From Macrostomum lignano (lineage: Eukaryota): 64,000 nt of DNA. Where the stretch lies: assembly GCA_002269645.1 (NCBI GenBank), contig NIVC01000696.1, forward strand, positions 248,001 through 312,000, written 5' to 3'. The translations under genes and the position numbers were made by a program. Under the pieces are notes generated by a model. The model made no database searches and was not told the DNA's origin. It saw nothing but the letters and a program-made list of their open reading frames with translations. Below are positions 28,353 to 41,161 of the stretch, one piece after another. How positions within the stretch are numbered: position 1 is the first letter of the stretch; every line of letters starts with the position of its first letter.

Positions 28353-29706
28353 GTCCAAGCTTACTGCTGAATGGACAAAAGTACAGGCTCATAAATAAGC
28401 AGGAGGATTAAAGTGCAAACAGATTCTCTCAGTCATAGAGGTATGTAAGCCATACAATGTATATTTAATAACATTTAAAATGTGATTTGTCGCTATGATA
28501 CTAGTAGTCACTGATATGTCTCTTGTGAAAAATACAATACAATAAGCATGCTTTTAAGCAATTAAGGCAAGAGACTATTCATGATTTAATTTTAGAGCTT
28601 GAAAACATTTTAACTGTAATTGCAATTCTATAAATAACTGATAAAAAGGAATCTAAAAATTAGATTATCTTAGACTTTTATTATACATTAGTTGATACCC
28701 ATTTGATTTTCCAAGTAGAGCTGTAGTAAGATCTTGTCTTATTATTTCAATAACATTATCATCCATAATAAGTTGTTTGAGGGTTTGTTTATGTTATATA
28801 TTTTTTAAATTTAATAATCTATTTTCTACCTTTGATATAACAGTTTAATACATCATCTAAAAAGCCTATAAGCAATCAATACATAATTTGTTATTTAATC
28901 AACTAGTCCTTAGTAGTCTTTGCTTTAGTTAGGCTAGGCATATACTAACATTTTTATAGTTGCCATCTAGTATGATAAGTCTATCTACAGGCTTTAAAAC
29001 TATTTGTTTAAATAAAATTTCTATAGTTTTAAAAGAATCTCTTAATAGGGTTTAATTTCCATAATTTCTTAAAAAATATTAAAATATCTTTAACATAGAA
29101 GTTTTAAAATATTTTCTTTATATATAATGAGTGGTTCTACTTTTATGTCTATTAAAAAACATTTAAAAAAGTTTTTTTACATAATTTATACATTTGTGTT
29201 CTTTAAATTTTATAAAAAATATATTTATATATTTATTTATTTATTAACTCTGCAATCTTAGGCCAAGTGGTAGCCTTACAGCGTTCCACTAAGTGCATTG
29301 GCTTAAACCTTAAATCAGCAACTGCATGAGCAGTTAGCTAGCCCTAATACTAATTGCCCTAGGGCAAAACATGATTGCCATAGGCTATGCCATGATGGCA
29401 TACTTGCTTATTTTATCTATAGCTAAGTCAACATTGGTAATATCTATCATGGCACTACCCAAGTGATAACCAATGAAAGCAAGCTAATAAAGCCAAATAA
29501 TGTTGCAGCTAATACCTTATACCTTAAAGCTTCTACCACTTCTTTAGCTATCTATGAAATAGTTGCTAAATGCTATTGTCTAGACCCTAATAAAAGCCTA
29601 CTGAGTTTTAATTCCTAGGCTTCTATTCTTTTTATATATAATGCAATTCTTTTTAATAATATCTAAAATAATATAAAAAAGGATAACAAGAATAAAATAA
29701 GCCTAT

Positions 29707-30795
29707 TGTAGCAGACACATACTTTTGACAGAGCCAACCACTGCTGCTCAAATTGTCTATGGCCCAAATAAACTAGAGCCATAAAAGGCCTAGTTGCAGA
29801 ACTTTATTAAAGGACAAGCAGTCTTCATCTCACTGCATGCAAGCCACTTCAGTGGTGAACCCAACAATACTCAGCCATAGCTGAGTATTTCAAGCTTTTC
29901 GCCCACTGCCTTGTTACAGTTTTGGCCACCAGGTCTTCCGAGTCCAGCCAAAGCCATCAGCCACCTTGATCCTGCATCTAGCTCAGCGCTTGACTGGAGC
30001 CGCACCAAAGCAACCATGACTGTTCTTAGTCACTGCAGTTATGCAGTAGGTGAGCAGTGCACTCTGGGTAAAGGGCTCTTGCCTGCCAGAGTTTGCCTAC
30101 AACATCCCACCTAATGCTGCGACGTCGATGTGGCCCACCTTGGCAATGCCTTGTCCTAGCAGCACAGGCGGACATGCTCGGATAAAGCATTGGTGTGCTT
30201 TTCTACACTGCGGGCCCAGGCCCCACCATGCTACCAATGGATCACCACAATGGCATTTGTACTAACATCATTATCATCAGCACAACTATCCACTGCTGCC
30301 ACTGCCTTTGGCCTTGATGATACTGATGCCTATGACCTCAACTGGCCCACAATGCCACCAGTCTGCAGCTTGATCTATCAGCAACAAAGTGCTTATACTT
30401 TTGAATAGTCCCTGAACACCCACCATTGAGCCAGCCAAATACTGGCATGGGCTTTTGATTTCTATGCTACTAACAATTTCACATTACCAATTTAGGTGCC
30501 CCGACCACTCCGGTGACCCTTGTCTAACCCAGTCACCTCCATTAAGTTAGTGGCAAAGTAATTTCAGCTAACCCAGCCATTTGCCATAGCAGCTGAGCTC
30601 CAGACGAGCACAATGCAAGAGCAACATTGTTTGGCTCTAGGGGGGAGTTGTGTAGCAGACATATACTTTTGACAGAGCCAGCCACTGCTGCTCAAACTGT
30701 CTATGGCCCAAATAAACTAGAGCCATAAAAGGCCTAGCCACAGAACTTTATTAAAGGACAAGCGGTCTTCATCTCACCACATGCAAGCCACTTCA
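29707..30795 (+). mobile_element. Internally deleted Ty3/Gypsy LTR retroelement (CsRn1-like, TRIM-sized)
   Basis: 145-bp LTRs TG...CA at 29707-29851 and 30651-30795, 4-bp TSD CTAT on both sides, PBS TGGTGAACCCAAC resembling the tRNA-Trp complement, PPT AGGGGGGAG. Internal gag-like remnant VCFSTLRAQ..FVLTSLS..DAYDL..SLIYQQQ. Confidence 0.9.
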
Positions 30796-30824
30796 CTATA
30801 CTATTTAAGAAGCCTAGATAGGTT

Positions 30825-31195
30825 GCCATTATAAACCCAAAATATCATAAACCCAAAAAATCACAATTTTAAAATTAATATCAGGGCCTATCATAAACCC
30901 AAAATATCACAATCCCCAAAAAATCACAATTCCAAAAACCAAAATAGCATTGCTTATCATAAACTAAAATATCATAAACCTTAAATATTGTCATATTGGT
31001 ATTGCACACCCAAAATATTATAAAACTGAAAAACCAAAATAGTTAATAGTATTGAATTTGAATATAGCTAGAACTTTCAAAGTTATAATATTTTAGGTTT
31101 ATGATAAGCAAATTTATGATATGATTTATGATTTTTGTTTTAGAGAGTTATAATATTTTGGGTTTACAATTTTTGGTTGGTTTGTTTATGATGTG
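30825..31195. mobile_element. Degenerate foldback/MITE-like element with tandem subterminal motifs
   Basis: Repeated TCATAAACCCAAAATAT on the left and inverted ATATTTTGGGTTTA / GTTTATGAT on the right. No TSD identified. Confidence 0.45.
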
Positions 31196-34100
31196 CATTG
31201 TCATTGCTAATAATTTCAGAGTTAGGCCTTTTGCCTTTATATTTCAGGTGATTCATTTTGTCAATTGGCATTTTGTCAAATTGGTTGACCAAGTGGCCAA
31301 AGACAAAGTGTTGGGGCGACTTTACTGGTGGTTGACGAAGTGACCAATGCTAGGTCCTTCTTATTTGCTTGTTGACAAAGTGACCAAAACTTTCATCATA
31401 TGAATGTCATGATATACATAGCTGATATAGCTGCATAATCTTATATAGCTTATGTTATGTTAAACTAGATAATACTTACAATAGTAACAAGTCCAGTATA
31501 ATTATCATCATATTATTAAAATCATTTCATTGTTTTCTTCATTGCTTCATAGCTAGGGCCTAGGCTCAGTTATTTTATCAGTCAGATTACCTGATGAAAT
31601 TGTAATTGGCTTATTTGATATAAACAATATAGTATCATTTAGATCATAATGGGGTCTTGTTAATTATTATTTATTGTTATAATGAAAATATTACAACAAT
31701 AAGATATAATTTATTATATTGAAGTATTAATCAGTAATCTAGGTATTAATATTAATTAATAAGTTAATAACTAAATTAATGCAGTACAGTTTCGTAAGTC
31801 TGCCAACCTATTGTAGTAATTGTATACATCATTTGAACTTGCATGGGCAGCTAGCAGCATGGCCAGCACTTAGGGCCAGGGCCCCCACACGCACACCGCG
31901 CGCGCGCCGGCCAAGCAAGGGTCGTTCTCGAAGCTAGGTCACAACTTTTTGTTATTGCAAAAAAAGTTTATACATCGACCAATAATCGTACAAAAAAATT
32001 ATTTCGACAATTTCTGTAAGAAGCTGCTACTAAAACCACAAGAAAACTTGAAATTGAGAAGAAATCAAGGCTATTTGTTATTCTTTGTTGCGGAAAATAA
32101 ACGACAAAAATAATAAAGAGAAAATAAAATTTTCTTCTATATTTATTTTAAATATGCAGTTAAATTTCTTTTGCAAAAATAAAAGAACAAGAAATTGACA
32201 AAGGAAATGTTTTGAGCACAGCATTTTGTTACTCTGCTCTAAATCCCAGACATTTAAAATTATCGTGTGCGAAAAAGTGCGAAATTATTATAGCATGCAC
32301 TCGAAAGGACTTCGATCAGTTTAACTAATCACTGAATTAAGAAGTCTAAATAAGTCTTGAAAGGACTTAATCAAGTTTTCACTATGTATCTTTTCAAAGT
32401 CAAGATGATTCGACAAATAAAGAATGTTCATTTTTACGGTGAATAGAATTGTTCATTTTTACATTAAATATAATAAAATCTAACTAATAATAGAAAAAGT
32501 CAGGGAACTATCCTTGAACACCAAAAAGCACATTGTGGATTTAATATCAACTGCATGTTCCTTAATAAAGGAATTCGGATTCTAGTATATATTTGATTAT
32601 TTGTAGCATAATTTCTGAAAACTATAACTTGCTTGATTTTACTTTAAGTACTTATTACATTAATACTTATACCAAAGCTACATGTACTTAAAATAAAAAA
32701 TTATAGTTACTTATTAGACATTTTACTCCAATTAACTTAAAATAATTCAAATTTATTTTATTTAATTCATTTTTTGAAACTTTTTGGAAAATAGACAAAA
32801 TTGAATTATTTAATTACCAAAAACCTACTAGCTTAACTAAAATAGCAATTAGTCTTTAAGAAAAGATTTCACTTGTTAATTGAGAAAAATGAGGATGTGC
32901 GAGGTGTAAAAATGCGAAAGAGCATGCAGGAAACAGAGACAAACAAAAATGTAGGTAAAAGACACTGCACATGCACATAATATGATAACCAGACATAATG
33001 CGCACACTGAAACACCAGTAGCAATGACGCCCAAGCTTTTGATGATCACAAGCGAAAAGGCAAAACCCAGCCATCAATCAAAGAAGTAGACTTTAGCACG
33101 CATCTTGAGTGCATCACGCATTTTTTGCAGAGAAGCTCGAAAATTAACATTGTATTCTGTGCACAACCACCAACTGCGACAGGGTCTGCCGGGGGATTTG
33201 TGGGCACGCGGTCGCGGATACAAATCGGAGGAGTCGCTGACCATTCTGAAATTACTAGCTAGTACATGTAATTTTGTGTATTAATATATTTAGCCCGCTT
33301 TATTTCTATGCTCTCGTCTGCCTCTCGTTAATGCATAACAGACTCTTGCAATAATCAAACTTATGATCGACCTATGCATGGCTTCCGTCCCTCGCTTTGA
33401 ATCTCTCACCTCCCCATAGTTCCATCAACCTTACCTTAGTGGCTTCCTATGCAAAAATCATCCCTCCGCATCTTACACAGGCTACTTCAGGCTGTAGACT
33501 GTACTACACTTTTACTTCAGTAATTAGTTGCGCTATAAGGAATCTACATGTATTTTGCTCGCAGCGCAGCGCGCTGCTCAAAGAAGTTTAGTTCTATCTA
33601 GATATTCTAGTAATTTCAGGTTTGTCCATAGACTAGAGCTCATGAGATGAGAATTCCATTAACTAGTACATTTAATATGAATGAACTGCGTGTGTGTGTG
33701 CTGTGCATACATATGTATAATATACGAGTAGTTTATGGGCCAAATTATTGTGTGGCACAATTCTTGGCATCACTCAGCAGGCACAAGATGCAGTTAAGCA
33801 GCGCACGAAAATTCTACAAAAGAAATTGAGCCTGGTTGAGGTGATGCGAGGAGGCAGATCCACACAATCTCAGTGAATACACCAGACCGCACCAGATACG
33901 AGTCCAGTCGAATGTGCGCACTGGTCTAAGCAGCACACGCATGTCCTTCTGACAATGACGGCACCTAGCTTCGTCCAAGCCTTTGCCAGCGTCACTTACA
34001 GCGTCAATACTACCATGTAGTGCCACCTGCAGCACCGGCAACGGCAATTCCTCCAGTTAGCCCACAACAGTGGCTAAACTGAGGGACAGGGAACCTACCC

Positions 34101-36469
34101 ACAGAAGACACACACATACACACACAGCACCGGCAGCAGCACTCTGACAGCATAACCTGAAGCTCCATGAGCTCAGTTTTCAAGCATTGAAGAAGCAGAA
34201 GCAGTCATCTTGGATCCAGGGATCAGGAAGAGTGTTGCATGTCCGACATGTGCTGTTTCCGTGGCAAAAGGTGATGGAGCAAATTAATCAACACTTACTA
34301 TCTAGCTCGTATTAAGACTAAAAAACTGAGGCAAGCTGGGATTAAACCAAAGAAAATTTTTTACTATACTTTTTTACCATACTTTTACTATACTTCTATA
34401 GTATAGTAGAGAGGACTCTATTTAAATGCAGTAAGAAGTGAAACAAATTTATATATTTAATTATTAAATTAAATTAATTCAAGGTAAATAACTAATTTAA
34501 CCAATTTATTAGGAGTATTTATTATTATAATAAATTGATTTTTATACCTTACACGAAATAAGCTCTACATTCATTTCTTAGCTTGGGGCCCATCTGTATA
34601 AGGTCAGTTTCTTCAAAATGCTGATTAATTAATTAAGGCCTGTTGTCTTTACTTAAATTTATAAGGGCATCTTAGAAGTTAATATTACTATATAATACAT
34701 GTATAATAGTATTACTATATTATAATAATATAGTTGCAATTTTAATGACTATTGAATAAGTTTAAATGCTTCCCCTATTGACTCTAAATATATGGTATCT
34801 TTCCCTTCAGAAAAAATTAGCATAGAATGACTTGATGAAAACAAAAAAAAATCATTTCGAGATACACATTTGCTGATCATTCAGGTCAAATTTCAAGGTC
34901 CAGTTTTGCACATGTTTCTCTGTAGCTTGGTTACAAGGATTTTAATAAAAATATAATAAATATGTCCAATGAACTAACTGATACATAGCCAAATTGAAGT
35001 ATTTTCAAAAACAAAAAAAATCATTTGCTCAGTTTACTTTACTGGATATCTTTGTAAAATTTCAGCTCAAAAGGTGCTCCATGGAGAATGCTAGTGTGGT
35101 TACAGAATATTTATTTTGTGCTTCAAAGTAGGAGTTTATTGCGATGCATGGTTGCTTTTAATTATTTTTATCAACAATAGTGCTCTATTTCATAACAATT
35201 TTTTACAAAAAGATAATAAGACATGTTTTTCTAATTATCTGCATCAAAATGTATCATTTTAAGCACGCATTATAGAAGTCAGCCGAAAAATACATTTTGT
35301 GAGACGCAAAGAGGCTATCCCACCGGAAATGCTAGGCGTACAGTTAAGCGTCTATAAAATCATTTGTAGTGCAGTTTATTGAGCTTTAAAAAATCTTAAA
35401 TTAAATTTATATAAGCTTTCATTTTAAATGTAATATAGCAAGGTTTCAACACAACAACAACTTTTTTTAGCTACAGACATCTTGTAGTATCAAAAATTAA
35501 CATCGGTGAAATGATTGAATTTGAATTTTTTCATCGCTAATTATCGCTTAATACCGCCAGATGATTAAAAACACTTTTGTATGATAAAGTTCAACCCAAA
35601 AATTATCTTTATTGACAGATAAAAGTGTCCTATTATTTTCAATATGGCAGTAACAATAGTAAATGTTCGGAAAATTGTTAAAATTTTTGCTCCTCCTAGA
35701 ATTTGCGAACGACCCGCAAACGCATTGGATAATATCATTTAATTTTGATTGAATTTGAAAAAATGTAAAGTATTTTTATGTATCAATTAAATCTCTGCAC
35801 TTTTTATGATGTGTCTGGCATTCTTGAATATTATTTATTTAGTATTTATTCAGTAGTGAGTTTCTATCTCCGCGATTCTTACTGTACGTACTTTACTACT
35901 ATTGTTTTACTGTATGCTAATTCCTATCGTATTTCAAACGCGAATGCGCTGTGTTTTAGTGTTAACTTTTCCTGTGCGCCGTAGTAGTTGTAGTCGTAGG
36001 GTTGCATAGCCGTTCCAGAGTTCCAGTCGATCCAGTTTTAATTCAATAATAGATATAGACATTATTTAGAATATATCTTAATTACCTTGACTACACAGAT
36101 TGTTCAGATACGAATACAAATATATAAATGAAATGAATTAAGGCGCATTGCACCCACAAGCCAAGAACGCATTCGTTCATTCATCTGTCATCACAACGAA
36201 AATAAGGCGATTCTTTGAATTCTTGGACTTCAAGAAACTTATTTTACAAAAAAGCAAATTGAATCGAATTAAATTTCTGTAGATAAACAAAAACAAAGAA
36301 GGAAAATAATTGATGTATATAATGTCTAAAAAAATTAAAACTTTACATCTAACCAAACCAAATAGTTGATAAACAAGAGTGGCGACCTCACACTGTCAAA
36401 AAATCAACACAAATTTAGTAATGCATGGTCTGGTACTTTTGAAAAAGCATAGTACTTTTAATAGCACAG

Positions 36470-37432
36470 AAAAATACTATAGACAAAACTACTTGAAAGT
36501 AAATTCAAGCAAAACAAAATTCATGCAGGGCTGCACCAGTCAGAAGACCAACATGGATAATTCTGATAGCAAATTATACTATGACCATCAAGAAATAGAG
36601 AAAGTTGATGAATTTAAATACATGGGAGTTATTTTTGAACCAAGAGACAGCTTCAAAAATGTATTAAGCACCAGACTAATCAAGGTTACACAGCTATGTT
36701 CTCCCTGCTCTATAAAGTAAAGAATACGTCCCCGGATATCACTCTCATACGCAAACTATTTGATGCCCTTTGTATCTCCTGCTATCACCTATGGTTGTGA
36801 ACATTGGGACCTCTGGCTACCCTTTTGACACAAATGCTACTGTATCAATGTCTAGCATTGATCGCATTCAATTAAAGTTCTACAAATACCTTCTCAACCT
36901 ATCAAAATGTGCAAGCTACAGTTTAATATCATCCGAACTCAAGCTCATCCCAATCTTTCAACAGATCACAATTAAAATCCTACCTTACCTACTGGCTAAA
37001 AATCAGACACAAAAAACTGTCAAAAATACTTGAAATTTTCACTCAAGTACCAGCTAAAATAACCCATGGGTAACAAATGTACAAAAGAAACTGAAAAGAC
37101 CTCGAGACACTATACAAAGATAAAACCCCCCAATTAAGCTTTAACGATGAGAAATTTCTCATAAAGAAGCACCCTGCACAAACACAGAGAAAGGGAAGTA
37201 AGCCGAAAGCTAGACAACCAGCACCATATTAAATACTACAAAAATGCTTACCTTTACAAAAAATCTGCAGACCTGTCCTCTCAAATTACTTTCCATGTCT
37301 ATTTAGAAACAAAAAATACCTAACAACCCTTCTGAAGCTGAAATGTGAGCTCATGCCCAAGACTTTTTCTCAAGAAGCTTGTGGACTCTGTGGAGCAAGA
37401 AATGGATCCGATATTCTTCATCCTCGACACTT
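36470..37432 (+). mobile_element. Non-LTR (LINE) retrotransposon 3' remnant with frameshifts
   Basis: LKVNSSKTKFM and IEKVDEFKYMGVIF (RT C-terminal YLG-type motif), KLFDAL/VSPAITYGCEHW, IDRIQLKFYKYLL..SELKLIPI, and a decayed CCHC-like CGLC..DILH/FILDTC. Confidence 0.85.
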
Positions 37433-37690
37433 GTCTCTGCTGCTGCGTCAAGGACGACGATAAGAAAAAGCTGAAAAAGAAGACCAGCGCCAGTAGACCG
37501 GGTGCCGATGACGATGACGCGGAATTTGCCGCCGCCGTGGCCGCCGCAAGCAGCCGCCCTATTGGGGCCGGCGATGCCACAAGTTTGGTGGCCCTGCCGC
37601 TGATGGTACTGCCACCGCCTCCCAGCAACGACAGTCAGGTCCGACAGCCAGCGCACCGCCGCCGCCTTATCCTGGCCCGCTGTGAGAGCG
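37433..37690 (+). other. GC-rich coding-like fragment of unknown origin abutting the LINE remnant
   Basis: Reads LCCCVKDDDKKKLKKK...DDDDAEFAAAVAAASS...LPPPPS with host-like C-ending codons. No start or splice structure found, and the strand is ambiguous. Confidence 0.3.
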
Positions 37691-37957
37691 CAAGTGGTCT
37701 TAAAAATGGGTCACATTTATTCTTTCTCTTTACTATTTCTAGATTTAGGCGCTAGTTTGGCCCCACAGATACTAGAATAGCTAACCGTAAATGTACTTTT
37801 CGTAATCAAAGAATAACGAGTTATTCTCTGCTTGTAATTAAAGTTTGTAAAAAGAAAAGTTTGCATGTAAAAACGGCAAACATTCAAAGGATTTGCTGTT
37901 CATTGGGTGTATGCTAAGCGGCGTGGGTCGACAAGCTTTCGCTACCTCAAGAGCCAT

Positions 37958-38090
37958 GATAGAGAATCTGGAGAGGAGAGGAAAGGGGAGAAACGAAGAC
38001 AGAGGAGAGAAAATAAAGAAGAGAAGAGAGCTAAAAAGAGACCTTGAGCAGCAAGGATTGGTATTGTGAAGTTTCAAAAGACCCGGGGAC
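37958..38090 (+). repeat. Dispersed repeat, copy 1: GA-rich tract plus TATTGTGAAGTTTCAAA(AG)ACCCGGGGAC
   Basis: The same layout recurs at 45629-45840 and 53343-53566. Confidence 0.7.
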
Positions 38091-38698
38091 CCGAGAAAGT
38101 TTCTTTCTACTTCAATTAATTTTAGTAAATTCAATAACGCTCATGTTGCTACTAAAAAGAGTAGCTAGATTGCATTTTTTACGAATGACCTATCCAGTTG
38201 CTTCAGTATCTGGTTCTATGGTTTGACCTAGCAAAATCAGGCCGCTTTGTGTCTGCAGTTGAAATAATGCGAAATTTTAAACGACAGCGGATAATTCTCT
38301 ATCTGGCTAATGCTATCTGACATTTGCAGTATTAAAAAATCAAAGCTACGCCTAGAGCGCTACTTCTAATTGATAGTCTGTTTGAACTTTATCAGCAATA
38401 GCTTTAGCTCTTCGATCGCTTGAGCTTACATTTATAACGACAAATAATATTGGCTTTTAAATTGTTATAGCTTGTGTTAGCTTCTAGCCCAGCTTTTATG
38501 TCAAATCCGTCAATATCTGCAACTATTATACGAGGGGAGTCCCAAGAAATAGTGTCACTTTTGCTTGCTTCCACAAGTATTAAGGTATGTTTAAAAAATC
38601 ATATGCCTTGAAAGTTATAAGCGGCTTATTTTAGCTTTCATGCCACGAAAGTCCGATTTTTATTAGTGCTTCCTGCTGCAAGCAGCATGCATTTGTTT

Positions 38699-39211
38699 CA
38701 TGGACTTCTATACTTAGCATCTGGACTGGAAGCGAAAAAATTCGCGTTACCACATGAAGCCATCAGAAATCAAAGTTGTTAGTATGAACTGCCACTGGAA
38801 AGTTTAGCCGACTTTCGCTTACTTTTGGCTCCAGCTCCACCAACCGAAATATCTTTGACCAAATGTTTCAGCATGCAGTTGAAAAATGCGCAAATAATTC
38901 CCTCTTTTACATCATGGCCAGCCGTGCACATCATCTGACCCATGAAATGTTCCAGGTAAATGCTGTCCTCCATCATCTCGTCAACAATGTCATCACTCCT
39001 GCAGCCGAATGCCGAACACTTATTCACCATAACGAAGGATATGCTTTCATTATGCAGAGTCAAATGAAGAAAGTGAGTTTAGTTGTATTCGATATAAACC
39101 GCAGCAGTTTTTGATAAATGCATATCTATGGAAACAATTGGCCTCATGTGGTAATTTTTTTTGCGAGAATTTTTTCGCTTCCAGTCCAGATGCTAAGTAT
39201 AGAAGTCCATG
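38699..39211 (-). mobile_element. Non-autonomous P-superfamily (THAP-type) DNA transposon derivative, 513 bp
   Basis: Perfect 45-bp TIRs starting CATGGACTTCTATACTTAGC and a perfect 8-bp TSD ATTTGTTT (38691-38698, 39212-39219). The internal minus ORF starts MVNKCSAFGCRS, like a THAP N-terminus. Confidence 0.9.
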
Positions 39212-41161
39212 ATTTGTTTGCATACCCTTGGCCATAGAAATACACACCGCATAGTGCTTCTATGCTCACGAGTTGCTCACTATGCTCACTATGCTCACAA
39301 AGTATGCTCATGAGTTGAAAATAGCATCATACGTTCTACTATCTTCACTTCTTTAGTAAGTAGCTTGTCATGATTTTGCCCGCAATTTTTGTGGGTTGGC
39401 TTCGTGTGGAGGCTGCTGATGCTACGCTGGTATACAGCTATTAGTACAATTGAGGCCTCGCTCCTCTGACTTGGCTGAAAATAGCAGGCAAGCTCGTCTT
39501 CTGCAGCTAATCCTATAGAATTTCTTACTATGCCCCAGAGGCCTGCGGTCTCGTTAGTTATGCACAGCGCTGCGGCAGCCGATTGGGGACAGAACAGATA
39601 AGCTGGAGCGTTCGAATTTTCCCATAGGGATGACAGATCGAGGCATCGAGCAAGGATGGCTCACGAGACTCGAGATTAGTAAGTATCTGCAGATAAATCA
39701 AATGGTGTAATGGATGCAGCTAGGCCTGAGATCACATGTTTCTGCTGCTCTGCGAATCAAATTAAAGGGTCAGCCAGGGAAAGCAAAAAAATGGATGCAG
39801 TTTTTTCCAGACTATGCTTTTACATGTATTCATTGTCCGATTGTCAATTTTTACGGTTACACTTCACGTAGCTACTTGTTTGGCACAAATTAAAACTTTG
39901 CTGACAATGATCAAGAGGTTTATGAAAGTCTATTAAGCTCAGCCGGCTTAATCACTTAAAACTAGGTACCTCGGAATGGCTCAGCGCTATTGGCATCTAT
40001 ACTCGCTACATGAAGATACATCTAAAATCGAGCTAAATGTAACACCATTGCTAATCCTAAGACATTGGGCAAGTGAGCACCCAGGGACTATACTATACCC
40101 GACGCGAAAAACAACTTGGAGGCTTATTAATTGGATAGGTTTTTACCACAGACACAAATTCACTGACTATACGAGCGTACAAGGTAGAATTCTATCGAAC
40201 TAATGCTTTGCGAGGACTAAGCTAGTCATTATAATAGATTGGCCTCCAAGTTTTGTCCTTTCCGTCCCGAGTATTGAGTAGTCCCTGGTGAGCAACACAA
40301 GGTGCATGGGGGTGTTCCAGCAAGGGAGACACAAGTACGCTAGCGCTGTTCGTACTGCTTGACTGGATGTTGCAGATTGCTCAATTCCCACCATGATGAC
40401 GACGGCTTTCTGCTGCGGGCGACGCGTACGTGGGTCGATGCGAACCGGAGTGGCAGCTCAGTGTACTTAGCTATACTGTAACGCCGACGCTGCTCTCGCC
40501 CTGCTGTTATCAACCGTCGAGGTGCCCGACAACAACTGGTTGATGGTTGCTGTTGCAGCAAAGAGTCGTGTTTCGCCTGATGGTTAACAACATATTTGCT
40601 TTTGTGCTTTGTTGTATTTGCAAATTTATTGACTGGGGTTGAAACACAGGATTTAGGAAAAAGCGATCTAAAAGGACTTGAATTATGCAGAGCAATAGAA
40701 AATATGCAAATGTATATGTACACGCGTCCTTTAGTTCAAACTTCCCACAAGATCACTTCATGGAAGGAAGTCACGCATATAAGATTCCGGCTTGCCTTGA
40801 TGCTATGTAACTCATACTTACATGTACATGTATAGCTCATATAATGCAAGAGGAAATATCCATCGTGTCAGAGTTATATGTGCGGGGGCTTCAGCATTAC
40901 TTAGTGTCCAAATAAAATAAGCTTGTTAATTATTCATTAAGAATTCAGCAAAATCTAATCATCGGTCGATTGGAAAAAGACAACTTGATCTTTAGTACAA
41001 TGTATTCTAGCTGCTTCGTTATACATTTATCTACTTTTTATTCGGATTTTTGGTTTTTGTGAAGCCTAAAAACTAGAATGGCAGAATAATTTCTTTGGGC
41101 TCCAGCTAGCTAGTCTTAAAGTATTTTCCAGGAAGTCTCGTAAGTTTCCCCGTAAGCCTTT

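Noticed and set aside
28500-29240. Faint resemblance of a minus frame (LIMDD..NG..AYCIVFF) to a Polinton/viral packaging ATPase
   Set aside because: Many stops and no clear Walker A motif; cannot be supported without a profile search.
29260-29320. Possible third, heavily decayed SINE (GGCCAAGTGGTAGC..GGCTTAAACC)
   Set aside because: The B-box is too degenerate to call.
32930-34310. Cys-rich fragments (CILCTTTNCDRVCRGICGH; ACPTCAVSV..INQHL) resembling transposase or UBZ zinc fingers
   Set aside because: Scattered over different frames with stops; family not identifiable by eye.
35960-36040. Minus frame MQPYDYNYYG resembling the Tyr-rich part of the 41-kb gene
   Set aside because: Better explained as an (ACT)n-type retroelement tail; no acceptor or TM follows.
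39976-40835. Cluster of 60-127 aa ORFs
   Set aside because: No motifs, no coherent exon chain, and contradictory strands.
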